From: Trichoplax adhaerens
Lineage: Eukaryota; Animalia; Placozoa
Direction: 5' to 3'
Assembly (NCBI RefSeq): GCF_000150275.1
Contig: NW_002060943.1
Location: forward strand, 4,484,008 to 4,548,007
DNA length: 64,000 bases
The position numbers were made by a program, and so were the translations under genes. Below, piece by piece: positions 54,801 to 64,000 of the stretch (the first letter of the stretch is position 1; the number at the start of each line of letters is the position of its first letter). The notes beneath the pieces are model-generated. The model did no database searches. It was not told the DNA's origin and saw nothing but the letters and a program-made list of their open reading frames with translations.

Positions 54801-57800
54801 AACTTAGCTATTAAAACGGCAGGAGATATGTTTGATGGTTCTCATCCAATTCATTCCGGCGATCTTGTAGAGGTAATATCTGAAGGAGTCTTCACAATAT
54901 GTTAGTCCTAAATTTGTTATTATTTGTGATAAATTAATTTTCTTTGAAATAATTTTAGGCTGATAGTGTGGGTTTGTGCGCATTTTGGGCATCATTCTTC
55001 ATGCTTGGTTATAAATATCGGCAAAGCATGGCAGCTCTACAGACAAGAGTTAGTAGTCGTTTGAATTAATTAAGTAGTGACCACTCAGGTTCTAGTTCAT
55101 TACTAGATCTCTTTTTCGCGATTGAGTTTTAAATAGTATTAATATCTTAAACTAAATATCATGCAAAAAGTTCACTCATAATTTACACGATTAAGTTAAG
55201 CGAAAGTCGTACTCATTTCTTAGTTATGCAGATGTAATATTTGATGTTTAGTTATTAAGATGAAATTAAAATAGAAGAAAATAATTTTAAGGGTTTAACC
55301 CTAGACAAAACTTAAAAGCCTAGCTATACGTAAAATAACCGCAAAAAGGACTGTTTTGAATCTATTCTTATCAATTTTTTTACACTAGAAAAATTTACAT
55401 TTGAAGTGCTTAGAATTGAAATCAGAATTTGATCAATTTCCAGCGGTTGTTTCTTCAATGGCTCATCTACAGAGGTGAAATTAGCTATAAATTTCAAAAA
55501 GCAACAAAACATTTCTTTAACTTTGCTATACCATGTTTAATAATAATACGTAAATGTAACGAATAAACTCATGGTGGAAAATAATTTTTATCCAGGCGAA
55601 CACAAATTGTTAGTAACTTACGGGAATTGGAAGAAGGTAAGCAGAATCGAAGAATTGAATCTAGTTTAACCTACTGCAATGTTACATATAGCTTGATTTC
55701 TTGTCTGCCTCCTAGAAATTGCCACAATAGAAACTAATTATGATTTAGAGATGTGTGAGAAGTGGAAAGAGAGAGTGGAAAGAGTTCAGAGTGAGGTACG
55801 TAACATAATACGTACATATCATAATTTATTCATTTAAACGATCGAAATAGCCAGTGCTTGATTCGTGAGAGACTGAAAGTTTGCAGAATATATATATAAA
55901 CCACTACAGCTAAACAGTTAACCACAGAAAAAAATCTTCATGCTTATTTGATTCATGTACTTTTAATTACGTTTCTGAATACAGATGTACTGTTTATTGC
56001 AATTGCTTTTTCCTTTAATTCTGGCAATACGAATGATTATTGTTATATTTCCTTAGACTCGACATATCGTGGCAAGTAAAATAAGGGATCGCTTCGACGT
56101 AATTGAATTAGATCGGTAATTATAATATATTCATAAATAATTACTTATTTATGGCAATCAGTATAATACTCTATATAAGAACTATTGATAGCTTAAAAAT
56201 GTAAATCCGAATTACAACTACGGGTATCTTTTTTGAATGAAATCAGGAATATCACGATAAATGACTTGAGCGCTTCCTTGATGATCAATTTGGTAAGGCA
56301 AAAAGTTTTTAAGATGCTTACCTTATCTGTAATTCTATCTATTTAGATATTATATCATTTAATGTATCATCAATATCGAATGATTTAACGTAAATATATT
56401 CTTAGGAATAAATCTATTATCCCTACTTCGCTTGATTTATACAAATTTTCATATGCATACGTCATGCTCTAATTTATCGACTTTAATATACATCTTCAAT
56501 TAGCAATTAACCAATGGAACAGGATATTATTCTAGTAGTACTCGTGAAACCGTTTGGAACGGTCGTAGAATGATTTTAAAGGATAAGAAATCAGGTGAGG
56601 ATATAGGCAAATAGGAAATTATTATATGTTATCCACGTCCTTATTATTTTGCCAAGTTAAATTGATGAATAGTCTCGTCTATTGTCTAACATTTTTTTCA
56701 AAATATCTTGCTATAATTTAAATTTTTCGTATATCTCCTATTTTAAATAATAATAATTACCGTAGCTTTTATATCTATTTGATAGATTCATTCTTATTAC
56801 ATTTTTGTTAACGACTACTTTATAACAGGGCATTTTTATGATGATTTTACTACACGACGAAAAAATCATTGTAAGTTTATTAAACAACCGGAAAGTCTGC
56901 AGAAAATAAGACGATATTATTATGTTGATACCTAGATACTGTAGATTGATCAACTATTAGTAAATCAATACAGCCATCTATATTAATTATTTGCAATAAA
57001 CTAATCACTACTTTAGCCGATGTTCGTTCTATTCTCGGTTTGGATCCTTACGAAGTTGTGGAGATTTCACCTAATGATGCCAGTAATTATGAAGTAAGAG
57101 ATTATCGATCCTATAATGTGATTAAAACTCTGCTAGTTTCATTTAGATTCTCTCAAATTAGTTCGTATTTCCTTACGTTGCATGTTACTATCAGCTTATA
57201 GTCACACCATGTTAAGGCATTTTTTACGTTGTTAATCTAGGTTTACTTTGAAAGTCCATCAAGAAATAAAATGCTTAAAGTTGGAACTAAATTTGTGTAT
57301 CAAGTCTTTCCAGGTAACACCTTAATATGTGAACGATTGTACCACAGAGCAGCAAAAATGGGTGAATTAGATACCATCAAGAAATTGGTAAAGTATTTGC
57401 TATAGCAATCATAAACCCGAATATATAGTCAGGATACTTTACTTTCTCACTTTTTATTATTTATCTTTCTCTATTAAAGCATTTATATATCAAATATGCT
57501 TAAATATTTAGTTCATACTTTATAAATTACTATCTTTTTTATAATTTTCAGGTCATATTCTTTAAGAAGGCCGAATCATTTGTGAACTCAAGAGAAAAAC
57601 GAAGTGGGAATACTGCTTTACATTTAGCTTGTAAACACGGCCATAAGGTGACTTACTTCTAGCACTTGATTTATAATCTTGCTATAGGCCTATTCTTAAA
57701 GTAGCTTTTAAACATCGATAATTGATAAAATTTAATCAAGTGTTGATAGTCTGAGAACGTTTGTATTGTAATAGTAACTGATTGAGTATAGTTATTTATG

Positions 57801-60800
57801 ATACCTCAAGATAGAGTATAGAAATTTAGATTTAAAAGCTACACATATAATGCGTTATAATCAAGGATTACTGTTTGTTTTAGTTAGCAGTTATTCAATT
57901 GCAATCTTCTATTTACCTTAGGTAGAAATCGAGCTATTAATCTTAAAAATAATCATGTATAGCACGAAATTTAGTAAAATTATCTCCTATTTTTTATACA
58001 TTGTAAGCTTTAATCTTAGCTTCTTTGCTGCATAGCACATAATGTTAAAGCTTTACTATCATGAGAGACGAATTTGTTTAATTTACACTTTAAAAAATTA
58101 ATTTCTTCCTTAGGATGTTGTTATATACTTATTGGAATGTGGTGCTAATATTAATGCTTTAAATAATCATGGAAATACGGCTCTATTTGTATCTATTGAA
58201 AATCTTCATCGCGACATTAGTCAAGTTAGTATTTAAAGCTCTCCTATTTATGTATTTTCTGCTATTTATGAAATTTTCATATCACAATTAGTTTTCCTTG
58301 ATAAATTTGTAACTCTATAAACTCATTGAAGTATTTCATAGAGTCCATTAAATATGTTACGGTAGATATTATATTGTCAACGTTTACTTCTTTCCATGAT
58401 AGTTACTAATCGAATGGGGAATAGATGTCATGACCAAAAATCTTCACGATAAAACAGTGTTCGAAACGATTCGAAATAAAGAGTTTGGAGATTACCTGAA
58501 AGGTAACTATAGTTTAAGAAGCCAGAATGAACCTAAAAATACTCGGCAGTATTACTGTTGCATGATAAATTTATTCCATAACTCATAAAGAGTTTTTAGT
58601 AATAAATAAATGATAAATAGTCTATTTCTAAGTGATGGAACGATAGATATGATCGATTTATTGTGCATTGTGTCTTTAATCAGGAAAATATGAAGAATTA
58701 AAATCTTTAGTACCTGATATTATCAATGGCAACGCAGCAAGAATTGAAGAAAGTATCAAAAATCATATAGCCAATGTCAGTACATTTGCTAGTCTTCGCA
58801 GTCGTTTTATTAATGGTAGTACATTATTGCATATGGCTGCACACCATGGCAACATTGCTGCTATCAAGGTTATTGCGTACAGAGAAAATATTTCGGGAAT
58901 GAATCTTTCCCTATATACGTATATTTTACCATTAACTTTCAGTTTTAGTAAAACTTTAATTTCAATCATGGTAAGAATGCTTTCCTAAATCACATTTTAC
59001 TTTACAGCTTTTGCTATTTGATAATCGTTTGGATGTTAATGTCTTGGATTACAAAGGTGCAACGGCTCTACATCGAGCACACAATGAGGAAATTGCTACG
59101 GTACATACTTATATATAGATAATTAAATACTACCATAGATATTAGAATAATAGGGTATATGATAAAGTGATATATCCTAAATACATATGTGTTTAAGCTA
59201 ATTACTTTAATTCTGATTTGGCAGTTACTATTAGATTTTGGTGCGCATGTGGACGCTGTTGATGATGAAGGCAATACGCCTTTGCATACGAAGTGCTATG
59301 GAACGGCAACAAAAAGAACTGAAATGGATACCTTATATGTCTTGGTTTGTATCTTTTGCTGAATAATCGACTTTCGATATTTTAGTTATTTGAATATCGT
59401 AAGAAAAAACTGCTGCAGCGTAAATGCTGATGATAATAATTCATACTTTTGATTTAGATTAATAGAGAAGCTCCATTAACAGCTAGAAATAATAAAGTGA
59501 GATTTGATTTTAATTTCAATATATTAAGTTTAATATCAAAATCTCTTCTCTCGTGTTATTAGTAGCAGATTAAAATTGTTAAAAGGCTACATGGTACATA
59601 TTTGATGATTATAGGGCTTATTACCTGTTCATTGTGCCGCAATGCAAGGGAGAATTGATGCTTTGCAATTACTGTTTCAATATGATAAAGTTAAAGGTGC
59701 TATTAAGAAGAGTTTAAAGCAAGAAGATGAGGTAATTTACATTTTTGACTGTACGATCAAGTACAAAGCTAGCTAGGCTGTTATCCACTTTCGTTTGCAA
59801 TCAACTGATGATTGGCTATTACGTGATTATTTTTTCTTCATATACTATATTCGTGATCAATAAAAGAAAATTCCTAGTTTAGTTTACCTGGCAATAGCTA
59901 ATGACTTTCTAAAGTGTGCGAAGTGGTAAGTAAATCTTTAGTAAATATTTTCAAGATTAGGGTCGTCATAAATTGTAGTTTAAACTAAAACGAAGGTATT
60001 CAAATACAGAATATAAAATATGATCCAAGCTGTTTTAATAATTTAGTTCCGTCACATAAAATAAATTATAATAGACTTAAAATCATTCTTATCGTGAACT
60101 AATATCTCTATAAATACAAATTTTTTTACGAAATTAGTGATAAAGTTAAATTAGCGATTTTATGAGATATTTATATTTATCAGATTTGATTCTATATCTT
60201 GTTAGGCTGATTGACAATCATATGCAATTCAGAACCGGAGAACAAAACACTTTAGTTCATAAGCTTTTAGTTGAGCAAATTCCGAGGTAAAACATATTTT
60301 ACTTCTAGTTCTATATTTAACATTTACTCTTATTAAAGATGCATACGGTTAATGAACTTTGATTATTTTTTACTAAAATTTTTTTCACTTTCCAATAAAA
60401 AAATTAAAGTTCCGATAGAGCTATCACCTTTCAATTCTTATTAGCTAATGGGGCAAATCCTAACCCGAATTATCCTGGGGGTAATAGGTATGATAATACG
60501 TCTTCTATGTCGTTGAAGATTAGATTTCCAATTTTATAGCAATTGATCGAATACCATTTTACGGTTGTAAAATTTTCAGAGCCATCCATTTGGCTGCGGG
60601 ATTGTCGGGTAATCCCGATGTTTTAGAGCTACTTATTACTCATGGTGCTGAAATTAACGTAATGAATGCAGACAATAGCTCTCCGTTATTTTTCGCTACC
60701 AAGGTTAACAACTACCGATGTGCAAGTGTATTAATTAAATCCGGCGCTAATATAAGAATAAAAAATACACAAGGTATGATTTAATTTAGAGGGTAGCGTT

Positions 60801-61616
60801 ATGTTCTGAACTGCATATAGGCATATTTACCTAATTCATCTATCTGCACACGCTCCTTTGTATCATATCTTTGCATATTTAACTATCAATTCCTTGACAT
60901 ATTGTGCCACTTTAATATCACCTATTCTCAAGTTAAAATATTTGCCTGTTTATCACTAACGGTTTATAGATGTATTCGTTCCATAACTTTTCTTGTACAT
61001 ATTTTGATGCGGCCTCAATATTATTGCTTAGGTTTAACCGCTTTTGATTACATTGAAGATTTTGATGAATGGATCGATAGCCGTCATTTTGATGATGATA
61101 CTATAGCAAAATTAAAAGGTGATATTCATATGATTTAAAGTTTCATTTTTAATCCGTTAAAGAAAAATAGTTCTAGAATGAGTTTTAAAGATCAGTAATT
61201 CATAGAATTACACATAGGATATGTGTAAGATACGGCTAAAGCACGTAATATATTATTCAATCACGCCTGAATTTGGATGCTAGCAGCTATATCCATATAC
61301 TGCATTACTAGTATGAATATCATTAATTTTATTTTTATGTAATCGTTTATTGGGTCTAATCACGCGTAAAGTTATCACACTAGTAACTTTCGAGGTAATT
61401 TAGGATAAATGACGATGGTATGTTATTTTAAATGCTGATTTCTCTTTATTTTTGATAGCTTACAAGATTAAACATTCAAGAGATTTAATACATGCCATTT
61501 CGCATAAAATCAAAGGTAGCAATCAAGAAGAGAGAAGAATTGATATAGCTAAAAATTCTTATGCTTTAAGTAAAGCTTCTAATAGTAGAAGTGTTGTTTC
61601 TTTACCTCATATCTAG
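51838..61616 (+). CDS. Uncharacterised protein: two calponin-homology domains, coiled coil, an unassigned domain of about 130 aa and an ankyrin-repeat array (about 30 exons)
   Basis: CH1: 'LNGFSAWINVRLQ...INNALTDLMKGTNLHTFLLSLTGRK...QKETRIEWLMEEL...IFDLLWMI'. CH2: 'CVIDLINNQL...ALNELADGRILCALVNSFVPG...NLAIKTAGDMF...SGDLVEADSVGLCAFW'. Ankyrin repeats: 'SGNTALHLACKHGHKDVVIYLLECGANIN', 'GSTLLHMAAHHGN', 'GATALH', 'GNTPLH', 'GLLPVHCAAMQG', 'NSSPLFFA'. Intron phases were consistent in the manual splice. The protein ends ...SVVSLPHI*, TAG at 61614-61616. Confidence 0.88.
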
Positions 61617-62539
61617 CGTCATAATTAGTCCAAGATGTTGTAAAATGTTATGAGCATGTGGATGTAATTCCATGATTACCTTCTGTACGGGTCCTAGACA
61701 CGATTACGATTACAATACGGCTTCTTTAGAAATAATATTTTATATAGCATATATCAAATTATTTTTTTAGCAACTTTACAAAGTTTATATTCCACTCAGA
61801 TTTTATTATGAGGAGAGAATTCTTAAGGCAGATTCAATATTTTATTGTTTTAATTGTATATATGTATATATGTATAACATAATGGCCGGTCATTACGCGT
61901 ATTGGCCGGAATTTTCGGGTTTTGGCCGTAACAATTTAATGCGGTCATTATTATACCATTATAGCGTAGACTCTGTATATACGTATATTAGGAAGACATT
62001 ATTCAGGGCATCAGCTCAAAATGAAATTTGAGGACTAAAGATAATTTTATCATTCATCTAACAATTTTAAGCTATAAATTATATTTTTGCTATACATATG
62101 CAGACACTGAGCTTATAGAACGACAATAAGTATAAAATAATCATGGATGGCTTATTCGATTTCTATATTATCATTGAAATTTTGGCTATTTGACTAAGAA
62201 ATCTGCTATTTGCAGTATTGCATTCTCAAATATACAAATAGGATAATCAAAATCAATGAATATGGCCTGATTGTTTTTAAAATCATTAAAATTCGCAAAA
62301 GGGTCAATTACGCTCTTAGTATTAAGCGGTATAGAGAGAATACTTTAACATTAAGTTGATATACAGTGATCCTAAAATTTATATGTGGGTTAAATGTCCA
62401 TCCCTTACATTTACTATTCATCACTCCAACGGTATAACTGTCGTAGCGATATGGAAAAAGGAAAAGATGATAGAATCCGCGAACCAGCTGATTGTGTGTA
62501 ATGATTTCCGCTAATTACAGCAGTTGTCAGTTATGAATT

Positions 62540-63550
62540 CGGGAAATACGTTGATAGAATGTAGTATAGAACCATATGTCTTAGTGGAGTAAGTGTTGAT
62601 TACAATTATGGCTAGTATGACGAAACGGCTGATACATACTACCCAGGTATGTGTTATATTATCAACTCAAATTTTGAGTTGTGGATTGCGAATCTATGGA
62701 TAAGAACACATACCCACTCTACATTGTGATTTGAGTTAATTACTGTAATAATGTGTGTCGAAAGCTTTACAGTAATTTGAAGTACGTACTTTATGGCGTG
62801 ACTTAGTCTGTTAAGGTTAATAAAGTCCTTACAGATGATGGTTAGTATGGAGAAACAGTGTACTATTTTATCGCGAAGTGACTTTTTCTACAAAATACTT
62901 ATCTCATTTACGTTTGATGATATACCGTTATCTATGACATTTTACATATTTTTAATAGATAACTGTCTAGTTTTTTAATGTTATACTGATAACTAATGGT
63001 TACGTAAATTAACTATAAATTGACTGGTTTTGACAATAATATCTGGGTTCAGCTATGTCTGAGATATACTAGAGGTGTTTAGTTTCTCCTAACGATAGAA
63101 GATCGCCAGTATTTAGATTCGTACAGGTCAATATCAGGAAGGACAAACCTGATAGTAGACTTATAGTTGCAGTTTTCTGAAATAGTTTAACTTTTCCACG
63201 TTACAAATTTCGATTTGTAACATATTTTATATCAATTGCTATTTCTTCAATTTTAAAAACTTCAAAAATTACGAGTACGCGGATTGTAAACGTAAGCTTA
63301 GTAGCATCATGATCGTACATAAACTACTAAATACATTGCGACTGCAAACTGATTAAGCATTAGTATATTATGAATCCTTGCGAATTTGTCCTTGTAATGA
63401 TATCAGCAATGGCAATACTCGCAGTACAGTAGTGTTATACGAGGGAATAGTGGGATAGTATACAGTATAAAATTGTGTGTCCTAATAAAGTAAGTGTTGA
63501 TTATGGCTAGTATGATGAAATAGCTCCCTTGTACTGTGCTATGTACTATA
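62540..63550 (+). repeat. Diverged direct duplication of about 110 bp (about 62540-62660 and 63443-63550)
   Basis: Both copies contain AGTAAGTGTTGATTA...TGGCTAGTATGA(C/T)GAAA with similar flanks. Confidence 0.75.
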
Positions 63551-63590
63551 TGCTCTATAACAAAGAACGCATCCTTTAAGTTGCTGTCAT

Positions 63591-64000
63591 GGATTCCTAT
63601 TCGTTTTGTGATCGATCGATCACTTAATTATAAACTATCCAATTACGTTGTACGCAAACCGTAACGTAAGCTCGAGCTACTCCCAGATTAGAAGACAGTC
63701 ATGTATGTAAAATGTAGGTTTAAAAAATACCCAGCTACTGTTAGTCACTGTCTTGGATTCCTATTCTCCTCACTTACTCCTCTCGTTTTGTGATCGATCG
63801 ATCGGTTAATTATAAACTATCCAATTACATTGTACGCAAACCGTAATGTAAGCTCGTGCTACTCCCAGATTAGAAGACAGTCATGTATGTAAAATGTAGG
63901 TTTAAAAAAATACCCAGCTACTGTTAGTCACTGTCTTGGATTCCTATTCTCCTCACTTACCCCTCTCGTTTTGTGATCGATCGATCACTTAATTATAAAC
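63591..64000. repeat. Near-identical tandem repeat, 182-183 bp unit, at least 2.2 copies, running off the window end
   Basis: TCGTTTTGTGATCGATCGATC starts at 63601, 63783 and 63966. The units differ by only a few substitutions and indels. Confidence 0.95.

Noticed and set aside
63591-64000. Tandem repeats considered as a CRISPR array
   Set aside because: Whole units repeat with no unique spacers, the context is eukaryotic, and no cas genes are present.

Overview
This is AT-rich, intron-dense eukaryotic (animal) genomic DNA, not prokaryotic. The short GT-AG introns and the gene-associated ACAGT/ACTGT microsatellite suggest a placozoan such as Trichoplax (inference). I hand-spliced four protein genes: (1) a DCDC1-type multi-doublecortin gene (minus, about 14438-1436); (2) an intronless pogo/Tigger-derived DNA-binding gene (Brinker-type HTH plus CENP-B HTH, no DDE domain), isolated in a gene-poor stretch of about 27 kb; (3) a TBC/RabGAP gene with intact R- and Q-fingers (plus, 45782-50162); (4) an unnamed gene of about 30 exons (plus, 51838-61616) encoding two calponin-homology (CH) domains, a coiled coil, an unusual domain of about 130 aa and an ankyrin array. 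The most interesting signal is that DCDC1 and the CH-CH-ankyrin gene each have a near-perfect RFX X-box at the apparent promoter. This points to the unnamed protein being an RFX-regulated ciliary/cytoskeletal component. The window also holds a probable decayed HECT-ligase pseudogene, several tandem and dispersed repeats, and a 50-N assembly gap. Exon boundaries and family assignments were made by eye and from memory of motifs; no database search was run.
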